From assembly GCF_003704095.1 (NCBI RefSeq), contig NW_020843739.1:124001-188000 (forward strand): 64,000 nucleotides of DNA. Reading direction: 5' to 3'. The position numbers and the translations under genes are program-made. Below are positions 1 through 12,300 of the stretch, in pieces. Position 1 is the first letter of the stretch. Each line of letters starts with the position of its first letter. Under the pieces are notes generated by a model, which saw only the letters and a list, made by a program, of their open reading frames with translations, was not told where the DNA came from and searched no databases. The stretch comes from Pocillopora damicornis. Taxonomy: Eukaryota.

Positions 1-52
1 CTCCCCCACCAACGCAACACCACAGTTTCTTTAGAAACTATCCCCTTTATTC
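1..52 (+). repeat. 3' end of a dispersed repeat (same family as 49140-49295)
   Basis: CCACCAACGCAACACCACAGTTTCTTTAGAAACT aligns with CCACCGACGTTGCGCCACAGTTTCTTCAGAAACT near 49250-49283. Confidence 0.7.
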
Positions 53-171
53 CGAAATGAAAAAAAGGCCGGAAACAGAAATAACACCCTCATGAGGACG
101 GATACGTTTATGGCGCATAGTATGAACACAGGCAATGGGGACCATGCCTATTGTTCCATTCCCAATATTAC

Positions 172-1075
172 CTTGAGAGATTCTTTGAAAGCAGAGAAAT
201 TATTTCTTTTTTTAAGGGCGGTGTCAAGACTGCGTGACCTAGTTCGGTACCGAGGAAGTCCAAGAGAGGCAGGTGGCGTACTTGTGTTGCTCTCATGTGC
301 GGAATCAGACGGCTGTTCCTCTGCTACCATGTCAAGGCTTCTACTGCGTATGCATTGATAAGCGGATGGTGAAGAGCCTCGTCTGGATGCTAGCAGATAT
401 CTGGCTTCGTCAACACTTGACTGGAAATAAACAGACTATTAATTAACTGAAGAAGGTAAGGAGACAATTCATTGCACTTTTAAAATGAACATATCATTAA
501 GAGAGACTGATAATCAATCAAGCTAATGTGTGTTGATGCGATTACAAAAATCCAAGTTAACCACGATCAATCAGTCCATCGATCAATCAACCAGTCAACC
601 TATCCTATTCAATCAATGGATCGATCGATTGATAAATTACAATTAAACCTACCTCAGTAGGCATTAGGAACCTTGGATCGAACAATGAATTTTTTTTTGA
701 TTCCACACCCGCACGATTTTCGGTATCGTCACACACTGTGATGCTCGGTACTTTCTGCAATGCATGTCGCTTGCTGTCAATGTTCCCAGGCGATGGTAAC
801 GATTGCTTTCGATTACTTGAGGTGTCATGAGTACTCGTTGCATCACAACTCGTATCCCTTATTGTTTTTTGATTAAATGTCAGCTGATCAGGGTTGCTAT
901 TCAAAGAACCCGTTGAATCGCATCGTTTTTTGCAAAGTTTGTCTTTGTTAAATTCCTCGCAATCGGAAAATCCCTCCCGGCCGCTGTTATTATCAAACGA
1001 GATAAGGCTGAGCTGCTTTGTGAAGGACAATTCACGAGCTGACTCGTCGAAATCCATTCCTTGATCCTTACTCAT
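172..1075 (-). CDS. 5' coding exons of an unidentified gene (Ser-rich, probably disordered N-terminus); gene continues past the left edge
   Basis: Exon 1075-653 (ATG, MSKDQGMDF...FLMPTE|gtaggt) splices in phase 0 to exon 420-172 (ccag|SSVDEARYLLASRRGSSP...FKESLK|gtaata). Both are open in frame with canonical splice sites. No recognisable domain. Confidence 0.7.
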
Positions 1076-4000
1076 AAACTCTGATCAATTTTTCTACTTA
1101 AAATCGATCGCCTCCAGCTTGTTCTTAGTTGCTTATGTGTACATGGGCTTGGAATTAATGAAAGTGTTTAAACTGTGTTAAGATCCGGCCAGGAGTAGAT
1201 TGCGAAAGGAAATAATCCGCTCGCAAGCTCTTGGGATCCAACCACTCAAAATGAATTTATTCAAGGCTATCGTCTACGGCGTGTCGACTGCAGCTCACCA
1301 ACGAAGGTACAAACCCGAGCATAACACCATTCGGCACCACCTGTTTTCAGAAATCGATACAGAGAAATATAGTCACTTCGTAGAATTTCACTTCTTTAAC
1401 GTACTCACGTCAAACTTAAGCGAACCAGAACTTTTATCAATCTCAGCTCGTTTCAGCAATATGCAAATCACTGCCGTTAATTCATTGCTGACGATACGAA
1501 AATTTTTCGTTAATAATAGTCTCTAATCGTTAGTACCATTTCATACCCATCCATTCGAATACCAATTTTCCTGTCTAGAAGAACTACAAGACTTTTTCCT
1601 TTTGTGATATTCAAATTTTTTTCCTTCCATGATCATACTACCGGTCTGTCTTATGACTGTCGTTTCGATGTCATAGACGTTAACATGTACCTTAGTATAT
1701 TTACGTCACTCAATCAAATGGCACGAGATTTCTTTACTGATTTGGTTCTTTCTGTGATATCCGAACAAAATACGACATCTTTACCAAAGATCTTATATTC
1801 TCTTTAGATCTCTATTACATTATTAGCACCAATTGACAAGCGTACAAGTCTGTTTTTGCAACTGAATTAGTTTTCACGGTAACCGGCACTTCGAATGCTT
1901 ATGCAAAAGGTGGAAGTCAGCCGGTAAGGATAACATCGTCAAGTTTTTTTTAGCCTACAAGGCAAGGTTTTTTCGAGTTCAGTTTACCTCAGGATGTCTG
2001 CAACTGTACAACCTAGCAGTCAACATAAAGCTCTGGGATTTATCCAAAAGGATCTTTAAAGATTAGCATCGATCTCGCCTGATCTTTGAATTAGTAAACA
2101 AAAGAAATGACGTATTTAACTAATTATACGCCATAATGAAACCTAAAAGTCTAATAGGCAATTTCATTTTTGGCCAGTTTTACAGACTGGAGATAAGTTT
2201 ATTTCCTTACTTTATGATAAGACAGAAATACGAAAAATTTTTTCGTCGAACTACTTAACATTTCCATGAAAAGATCGACCCTCGCAACTAACCTTAATGA
2301 AACATGAATAGTGTTTTCGTGTTTGGGTTCAGTAGCGAAAATCATTTATATTAGCCCACGTACACAGCTTGATAAGGTTAAAAATGAGAAAATTTTTTTG
2401 TGGTTATTCTTTAACTCCTATTCTGAGATGAATTTTAGCAAACATTTTATAAGTCGTAAAGCGATAATTCTAACTGTAGATTTAAGTTCAACGTAATGGG
2501 ATCTAAGTCAATACAAAGCTGCTAAAATGTTTGAATGAACAAAAAGCAATGAATACCTTGTAAGGCCAAGAGGCAGTCCAAAGAGTTCGACGGCTGCAGA
2601 TGAGACGAGAAGTTTCAGTATAGGCTGATATAATTATCATTGTTTGATTCGTAGCCAGAGTTCATGATCAGTTCTGACTCGTAAAAATTACCATTTATTT
2701 GAATTTGCAATTTCAAATTGTAATCTAGAATCGACATAAAATTGTTTATTTTGTCGATTGCTTCCTTCGTCTTTCAGTACAAACGGACAGGCTAGCAGCC
2801 GGAAAACGACAACAAACGCTTAATATGAATATATTTCGTGAACTCAAGTGGATATTATTAAAGCTGATTAGGGAATCGTCCACAATCTTGACTTTACCAT
2901 GGTCAGGACGAACATATCTATTATGAAATAAAGTAAGGCTTAACGAAAGAACAATTTTTAAGAACATATAGTATAATGCTTATAATGACCTATGGTTCAA
3001 TTTTTATTTACGAAATCTTATTGGCCAAAAAACTTTGACAATATGCCACCGGCCGATTCTCTGAATTATTCAACAATTCAAAAATGAGGTCTTAAAAACA
3101 AATTGAGTGTCTTGCCTAGGCGAAGCCAGCGTGGTACCAATGAACGTGAACCAAAAGAAGTTCCATTATAATTGCCGTTTTAATTTCAAATTTCTCGTTT
3201 TATATCGTAATCTCAGTCTCGTATCCATACTGCAATGTAACCTTGCTTGAACATGAAACAGAAATTGATCAAGATAATTCTGTACCCGCAAAATAAATTG
3301 AGCCCGTTTTGTACTGAGCATTAGAGAGCTCCCTGTTTACAATTTGCTAATACCTTAGTCGACGGTATATATTCATCGCGTCCGAATTAAATTTCCGGAG
3401 ATATGTCTAAGACCAGTGAATAAGATAATTTTAAAAGCCTTACCTCGCCGACCCCTAGTCTACCACATTGTGCGAGAGACGTCGTAAATATTGTCCCTCC
3501 TTATTTGTAAAATACAAGTTTTTCAAAGTATACGTGTCTTGTGCCTATCGCAACTGATATTTTCCTTTCAGCTCTGGTCTTCAGGAAGTGAAAACCTCGC
3601 AGCAAGCATTAGAACAGGTGTTGGTGATAAAAATAGCTTATTTGTTCATTCTAGATAATTTTCTTTAAGATTATTCATGTTTATTCTGTTTATTTTTCTT
3701 AGACTGTGTTTTTAGCATCAGAAACAAAAAGTAAGTCATCTTTGACAGTGAATACTCCACTTAAACCGAACTTGAAAGACATTGTTTTACGTGTCGATTA
3801 TAATCTGCAAACCTAGAAATTTGCTCACCACGTGTAAAAACTGAAGACGAAGTCATAAAAAAATGCAAATAACGAATGAAACCTGGTCAGATGCGAGCGA
3901 GAGTAAGCTTTAGGTAAAATTTCGGAACCAAATGTCAAACAGAATTTGTTTCAATTATTTTCTTATGCCTTATCATTTGTGATTCATTATGTCATGTATT

Positions 4001-7000
4001 TAAGTGGCGATTTGCGTTTGCCCGTACCGCATGTAACAGTTTCGGGCTCACTGACTTCTTTTTGTCATTGCAATAACACAACTCATTAACGCAGTTCAGC
4101 TGCACTTGCTATCAGCTATGAAATATCACCGGCGAGAAGCGGAACCGATTTAAAATTCTGTGAAGCTCTTGTGGTCGTCACACCGCCGTTAAGTGAATAA
4201 AATTACTTTAGTTGACAAGTGGGATTAGTATTCGTAAGTTATTCTTCACTTCTTTTTTCTTTAATTTCTCTCAATGGGGCGTTATCATTAAAAAGGGAAA
4301 CCAGTGAGTACAGAACCATCAGAGTAACATAAGTAAAGTGACGCATCAAATCTAGCCGTCCGAGGTACAGTCATCAATTCAAATTCATGCTAAATTTCAA
4401 AGTAAAATTGCTTTAATCGCTTGGCAGGTTCTGCCATTTTTAACTTGTTTACTTCTGATTTCGTACATTTGGTGCATCGGTACTGCTCAAAAGCGTTATA
4501 AAAAAATTCTTATTTTGTTCTTACTCGGCTAGGCAAAATATTAATGCAAGACTAAGTTTGGCACAAGTGTAAAATCACGAGAAAGAAATACAAGGGTGGT
4601 TTCAGTTCAATTAGCCGATGGACTCCTCATACTCAACATTAGCGGTTTTTCTTTTCAATTCCGTTTGCCGTTATATCATTCCTGTACGTTTACTTGCTTC
4701 AAAACTACTTATCGCTATTTTGAATATATGCAGACACAGATTGCAATTGTTACTTACATATTTGGTCTCTTCTCCTCAAAGTTCTCTCGGTTATAGCTTT
4801 CTCCAGTTGTTCTGACAAGAAACAGGGTTGGATTTACGAAACCTAAAATCCAGCCCCTGGGCAGAACAGGTGTCATCACCTTGAACAAACACTAAGGTGT
4901 GGACATAAATCTAGAACCTTTTAGAATTGAGGAAACAATTATAGACTGTCCGTAAGTTCCTGGGTTAATCTCAAAAATAAGTGTCAGTGAAGGTGTGAGA
5001 GCTATAAAATTGTGGTGAAAAGTCGGCACTGATATTTTGATTGCTACCGGCCTTTATATCTTATTTCATTCACTTCTCATTTACGGAAAACGTTTTTCAA
5101 ATAATTTTGACCAAGTACCATTGACATTTCTTAGACCCCCAAGACGCTTATCTTTATAGGAAAAAAACTATTAGCCCTGTAACAAATGTTAACTGTTTCG
5201 AAAAATAATGAAATATTATTTTGCCGGCATTGCCATGCATCCACTGGTTTTGCGTTGTACCATTGTCAAATGAAAACCGACATTCTTGAAAGTGATTGGC
5301 CATCAGCGGCCCTAGTTGAGCGCCACAAGGACGGTATACGACTCATGTTTGCCAATGGAAGATATGCATCATTTTGATACACATTGCAACATTTTTGTGC
5401 GCTGATTATTCTTTACATGCAATATTGGGTTTATTTTCTCGTAGAAAAGGACTTTAGTGTATGCGTTTAGGTAATGGATCCGCCGATTTTGTATTCACTC
5501 ATGATTGGGGACCAATTTGAACTCCACTCTGTCTTTACTATCATGAATACTCCAGAAAAAAAATTGTAAGTCGCTGAAAGATGTTATTAAAATGTTGCTT
5601 TTTTGCAGTGTAAGAACAATTGAGTTTCCTCTCTTAGGAGAAAAAACCTCTGATTCCTCTGATTAAAAAACGGGTGCCGGGTTGATGAGTAATCAGAATT
5701 TAAGAAAACTTAGTCGTTATCTCTCTTAATCACGAAACTTCACAGAACTTATCACAGAAAACTGTACGTTGATATCTCAAGTTCAAATGTCAATGATATG
5801 ATAACGTTTATTATGTTGATTACTCTTTCCTCAAAATACCAAAGGCATATTGCTTAGGGTCTTTGCGAACTCACTGGATCATGCGACGCAACCCAGTGAT
5901 TATACGGCGATTATGACCCGTTAATAGGTCCCCAGACTAATAATACAAGCATCGATGCAGCTACCAAAATAGCTCATTATAATGCAAATATAGGTCAATC
6001 TGTAGGCTCAAAGACAGAAAACCGCAAAGATTCATTAGCGCAAACAAATTAGACTCGAATATTCTTCTTTGGGACTCTAACAATGCAAAACCGCTCGCCG
6101 CAACATGAAAGTTAATTAAAGCAAACTACAGAAACGAATTGTGTGACATCTCTATGAAATAATCAGGTATTGAAAGATACCGAACTCATCGGTCAGAAAA
6201 GAAAATAATACGATTTTCATACCGTTGTTCAATTCCTATTAAGTGTAATGTAGTTTAATATAAACTATTATGATAATGCAAGGTTATAAGCGCAGCAAGC
6301 TTCTTTTAACTTACCCTCGTTTATGACCTAGACTCTAATTTATCTCGAGTAACAAACAAAGAAACTTTAGGAGAAAAAGTGAATCTACTTTGGCATAATG
6401 AGAATAATTCCTGACTAAATAAAAGCTGCCAGTGAAAAAACCTGTCAGATGTACGAATAAAGAAGGCTACAGGTGATCAGGGCTTTAACAGGCCATAGGT
6501 TAAGATAAACTTTGTCCTTCTGTCTTTGCCTCCTACTGCTTGAGTTATCATTGTCACAGTACATGTATAACAATTTTTAAACCTTTGTAAGTTGTTTTCT
6601 TTTACAACTCACCTTTAAAGCAGGAGTTTGTCGGCGAGCGTGAGTTTACCAGCGCCATACAGATACGCTAAAGACTGTAATTTCTTTAAGGTTCATCTCG
6701 AGAGAGAGGCTCGTCGTACTGATGTGTTTATCTCTCTCGATCACAATAACAGACCGTAATGATACGTTTTTAAGCACCGGATCTTTTGTCTGTCGTTCAA
6801 CTTATGCATATGGAACAATTATCTATTCTATACAAGTTTTATACACGAAGTTACTCACTGTGAATACCAAGTTTACATTTAGTGGTAAAGAGAAAAGACA
6901 AACTTTCGTTTATATTTAAATTTTATGATTTAGACCGAACAATGCACGTGTAATCTTGCTAACAGAGTTACCGGCGTTCGTCTTACTCATGGTTTTGCGA

Positions 7001-7865
7001 CAAAGGAAGCATATTTGATTTTAATTTCCCTTGGGTGCATTTCAGCTTCAAAGGGTGTTAGTCATACCTTTTTGTCCAAGCGCCAGTTACCAAGGCATTT
7101 TTTTCGATTTCTCGATTTCCCGACCAGCAAACAACTGAGCTTTTTTGAATAAAAAATTTTGACCTTTACTGCCCCTACAACACCTCTGTATCACGACTTT
7201 GTCTTGTTGTAAAACGAAATTTAACACTGGATGTGATACTTATACGTACGTGCTGTCAAAGCTCATCACGCAATCAGCTGGTAAAGTTACGTTAAGAACA
7301 ATAGACGCAGACGATTGTAAACTCTTGTAATAGTTTTTGAAGGCTTCAGCCAAGTTAATGCCATACAAGTATGTTTACTTTTAATTCACTGTATTTTCTT
7401 TCATGCTTTTGTATCAAAAAGAAAGAGACAGAGTAGACTTATTAGAGTCTCATCTGTCTGAGAATAAAGCCACGGACGTCCTGCTTTTAAACCCACAATC
7501 TCTCTTAAACAAATATCTCAAAAATGTGCGCAAAACACGTCAATCGAGGATACCTATTGCGCTGTTCTTCTTTTCATTTCACTTGTTTATTTAAAATAGC
7601 AGTTTTCTCTGCAGACTCGATCCATTAGTGCCATAACGTCAATAAATTCGATGATAAATCTGAAGTTATGTGGGCACAGTAGCGGTTTATTACCTTAGAA
7701 CTTTCATGTGGCCATTTTGTTAGTTTTCAAAATACGAAACATTGTTGTAAATTGTACTAGGCTTCGATTCCGCTCGTGTTACTCTAATCAGAAATTCCGC
7801 ATACATACACCCTTCCAAGAACGGTTTTGCAAGAAAAATAAGACTTAAAATGAAGGTGGACCCTC

Positions 7866-8010
7866 GGCGCTGATGAAGACTTCCGCTAAGGTTGTGGAAA
7901 TGTCAGACACTATACACCAGACAACGTTAACAGTACTTTTTACTATTCTCTCCCGGACGATCAGACTACTCGATTAAATGTTATTCCTGGGTTCAAACCA
8001 TTAACTGTAC
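7866..8010 (+). repeat. Dispersed repeat with a degenerate hammerhead-ribozyme-like core (Penelope/retrozyme-type)
   Basis: CTGATGA (7870-7876), spacer AGACTTCCGCTAAGGTTGTG, GAAA (7897-7900), then TGTC. Stems I and II are degraded. Downstream ...CCCGGACGATCA...CCTGGGTTCAAACCATT resembles a coral repeat family (recalled, not searched). Confidence 0.5.
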
Positions 8011-9399
8011 TCTTTTTAGACTCCTTATATTTTATTCGCTCGGATAATATTCGCTCATTCAGATGAGTTGATACGCTGATAATATTGCATAAGTGTATTT
8101 ATCTTTACGTGCTATTTAAGAAACATAAGTATTTCTTTTGACTTCATATAATTTTAAGAAAAACATCAAAAATTAAAGAGTGAACCAATACTTTACTCTT
8201 GCATTTTATTTTTCTATTTTGTCCATGGATCATTGTGGACAAATCCTTAGACGATAATTGCCGAACTGGTTCCATTCCTATAACGGTTATCCACATAAAA
8301 AGCTGCAAAATTCCTTTTTTAAATCGAGAATCGTCTCTCATCTTTTGATATAAGCACTCTTTTGAATATTCTTTTTTTTCCGTTTTCACTGAGCCATTTT
8401 TAGGTGTTGATTAATTAGTTCTAAACTGCTAGCTTTTATTTTAGGATTTGTTGAGCTGTTGTTCTATGGTCTATTTCACTTCTCCGGGACGTAAAATCTA
8501 AGTAAATTTATTCCCGAAGCTCTTTATCTAAAATTAACTAAAGCCTAAAAATTAATCTCCAAGGCTTCTCTCCATAAATGTTCGCCGCTTCATGTATCCC
8601 ACTGCCTGCCACAAAAAGTTGACGTGATAAAAGCTCCACTCTTAAAAGCACTGGCTTAAAGCTATTTTAGATAACTGGATACTGATATTAAATATATCCA
8701 TGTAAAAGATTACTGCTAATAAAGTTTATTTATATTACTTGCTTAACTGTCTTCTAGATAAAATATCATGTTAAGAGGTATATCCACCGATCTTCATTGG
8801 GCGTTCAGCTGAAATATAATGAGATAATGATAAGTGTGCGAAACAATGATCCCTAAGCGAGCCAAGAGTTGATAATTTTTTCGCCACCGACTTAACGAAA
8901 CAGTTTTTGGAAGTGATTTCAGGTATATTTACTTATCATCGTTAGACCCATGTTCGCTTGTCCTCCCGCACCTATTTTCCTTCCCATTTCCACAAGTTTC
9001 ACACCTTTACTAGGCAAGCCTTCCATCATGTACGGTAAGAATTCCCAAAAGTGGTATCCCATTGATCAGTAATTAACTTCGTGACACGGGCAGATTTCCT
9101 CCATAACCCTTCAGTATTTTTTTCTTGGAGCTTATTCATGCAACATTCTTAATGACGCTAGCTTTCTATTTATCTGACATGTAAGCAAAGGCTTGGGGTT
9201 GCATTGAAGGACTGAAGAAAATCTTAAGGTCTCTAACTACAATTGCAATGGATGATGCACGCAAATGGGAGGGGGGGGGAAGAGGCCTGACCATCCGCTC
9301 TATCCCACATTGGCAGTATTGAATGGTGATTTAACTCGAATGTGTTTTCAGTACAAGAGAAAAAAGAATCCTCTAGTTATGTACTTTAATGTCTATACC

Positions 9400-12300
9400 T
9401 CACCCTTTCCTTGCTTCAAAGCCTTGAGGGTTCTCAAAGAGTCCTAGCAAATTTTTCACAATGCCTCTTGGAGGATTGATCAATTCTTCTCTTCGTCCTG
9501 AAGGAAGGTAAACTGTTTTTGCGTCACTTCGTTACGAAACTATAAAAAGAGCTGTTGCATCAACTGTAAAGTTTTAAATGGAAGCTTACCTGGGTCTCGA
9601 GCACCCTGAACCGACATTTGGTCTTGCTCAAAAATTGCTTTGTATTTACGCACACTGATCGGAGACCCATCGACTGCAAGAAATAAAATTGCAAAATGCG
9701 TCTCTCAGTAACCTAAACTAATTCTCCTGTTTGCGTTATTTTTGTGTTAAACCTATTAACATTGACCTTTATTTACTCACAAATCCTTATTTCAGTTTAA
9801 ATAAAATTTTACCTCCCTCGGAGTTATTCCTCCCAGGTGAAGGAAATACTGGACCACCTCCATCGAACATCTTTCCCAGCTCCTTCACTCTTCCGGTAAG
9901 GTCCGACTCGTTTTCTTGTCCATGTAAACTAAAATGAACTTAAGAAGAAAAGAAGAGCACTTATAGAGCAATATACCAAACACAGCTAACGCTATACCTG
10001 GTTTAGTTGGGAAAATTTTCTTTTCAGTTAATTCAGACTAGCTTTTTGAATTGCTGGCAAGGACTTTATGATAGTTACCATCGTATTCTTCTTTCAACGG
10101 CGCCTCTGTGGATGTAGCAGTCGCCTCGTCCTTTACTACGTTTGCGGCTTCTTGGTCACTTTCACAGCTTTCCGCCTCGTTCTCATCGCCACCCTCGCCA
10201 TTTTCCTCTGAATCTCCTTCTTGGTAGGTCTCACCATCAACTGCTTCGTGTCCTAGGTCATCTTCATCTTGGTAAATCTCATTAGTTTCAACTGGTTTAC
10301 TGAACTGCAAACGTTACAGGAAGAGAACGCGCATGTCACTGAGAGAAAAATGCGTCAATTCCGTATCATCGTTTGTCTTATTTACTCAGAATAAATAAAA
10401 AATTAAAAAGCCTTCAACGTTTTTTTATTTTTACGTACCTTGATCTAATTCAAGTGCAAGTAAAAGTAGGATATTTAAGTTTACAAGAAAATGTGAACAT
10501 CAACCTACCATACACGTAATTAGCATATATGGGGTAGCACTAATATTGATCAGTGAATATACATTGAAATTAACGTTGTAAGGGTATGCTTACCAAGTTT
10601 CTTTGTTGTTCTTCTTCGTCAATTTCATTTAAATACTGCTCTTGCATCGTCTCTTGTTGATTGGTAACATGGTCTTTTCCGCCATTCCCATCCTCTCCAG
10701 CGTCGAACGACTGGGAAGCAGGGTCCATTTCGCTTATATCTGGAGTTGGGGAGTGAACGTGTACTTTCAGGGAAGAGGAATGCTTTCGACCTGCTGATTC
10801 TTCACGCTCAATGTCTATTTCCTCGTCGCTGTCGCTGTTTTCATCATCTACTTTAGTTAATCCGGGACTGATTTCGCTCCCTTTTTCAAGCGTTTGTTCC
10901 ACTTTTAAAATTCCTGCATCCTCGCCGTTGACTAACTTCTCATCCTCCTCCTTGATCCCAATGTCTTCAACATCTTTTTCTGGCTCCTCACTTTCACTTT
11001 GGTCTTCATCGTCGTCTTCTTGAGCTAGCTGTGGGGAACCTTTTTCCTCCAGTGGGGTAAGCTTTGAGCCATTACTTGAATCGTCCCACTCTTCTTCCTC
11101 TTCTTTTTCCTCCTCAACTATCTCCTCGTCTTCTTCGCTCTGATCAACCCCCTCGAGGGGACAAGAGTGTCTTACATCTTCGCTTTTTTCAACATCATTT
11201 TCAACTTCGTCCAGTTCTTCTTTGGACGAACTTAAGTCGTCCTCCTCCAAAGCCTCTTTCTCATTCTCAACAGTTTGAACGGATGTTCCTTCTGTGCTCT
11301 GGTCTTCTTTGCGGTTCTCTTTGATTTGATCTTTGAATTCATTTAGTAAAGTGCTTTGGGAAGAATCTTTCTCTGCTTCCTCTCCTGCCAGAGAAGTTTC
11401 TTCGGGGGTAAGAAATTTCATATACTCAGGAGCTACTAGAGTTTTCCCATAATAAGGTACTGACGATGTGGCCTCTTCTTCGGTCGTCTTGGCAAGTAAC
11501 TCGACATTTTCCTCTTTGTCCTGATCGTTGTTGTCGCCCTCACTGCCATTCATTGCGTCTTCATCATCATTAACCTCATCTTCATCGAGTTCTTCATCAA
11601 TATCGTTGCCGTTTTTATAACTATACTCGTGTCCATTTTCCTTTGTATTTCCATCCACACCATGCAGTTCTATTTCTGTTATTTCATCTTGTGGTTCTTG
11701 TTTTGGACATATTCCTTCGAATCCGCGATCGTATTCTTCAACATCTCCTTTGACCTGAAGTGCGTCTACTTCGCCTGATGAGAGTAAGTCTTTGCGTTCC
11801 TCATTGGAGTGCCAATCTTCCACGTTCTGCAAAAAAGAAAATGAAAATCCGAACTTTAGTTTATTCTCAAGATTGAAAGATTTATTTCTTTTCAGGCTAA
11901 TGAAGACGTTAACTTTTGTGCTCGGTCGTCGAATAAAGAAAGACTTAACAGTTTGAGTCCCGTCAAGGATTTGAGTGGAGGGGCATTATTCAGAGGTGGA
12001 ATTAAAACGTGGTTCGAAACAGGCGGTTCAAAACCCTCGTGGAAGACTCAGATATTTTCATTTTCCCACGCTTGTGACTAAATTAACATTTAAAAGCTTT
12101 CTTTATTCCATTAATGTTCCCCATACCATTAAAATTGTTGTGATGGAACCAAAGGGCTGGATCAAGGTTCTTAATCCGCATTTCGACATAAATCTGACTT
12201 TAAATTATTTCGTGGGGTTTGAAATACTGCATCATTCATTATCATTGTGGCTTATTGCAAATTTTTGAATCTGTTTGGTTCTATCATTGCTGACATGGAC

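Noticed and set aside
92-1526. Plus-strand ORFs 92-358 and 1200-1526
   Set aside because: Antisense to, or just upstream of, minus-strand exons; no motifs or splice support.
10811-11324. Ser-rich plus-strand ORFs
   Set aside because: Antisense shadows of the GAA/GAT-rich acidic exon.
10079-11826. Skeletal acid-rich biomineralisation protein (CARP/SAARP-like)
   Set aside because: No signal peptide in the exon model, Glu-biased rather than Asp-rich, and the tail motifs look cytosolic. Not fully excluded if the 5' exons are wrong.
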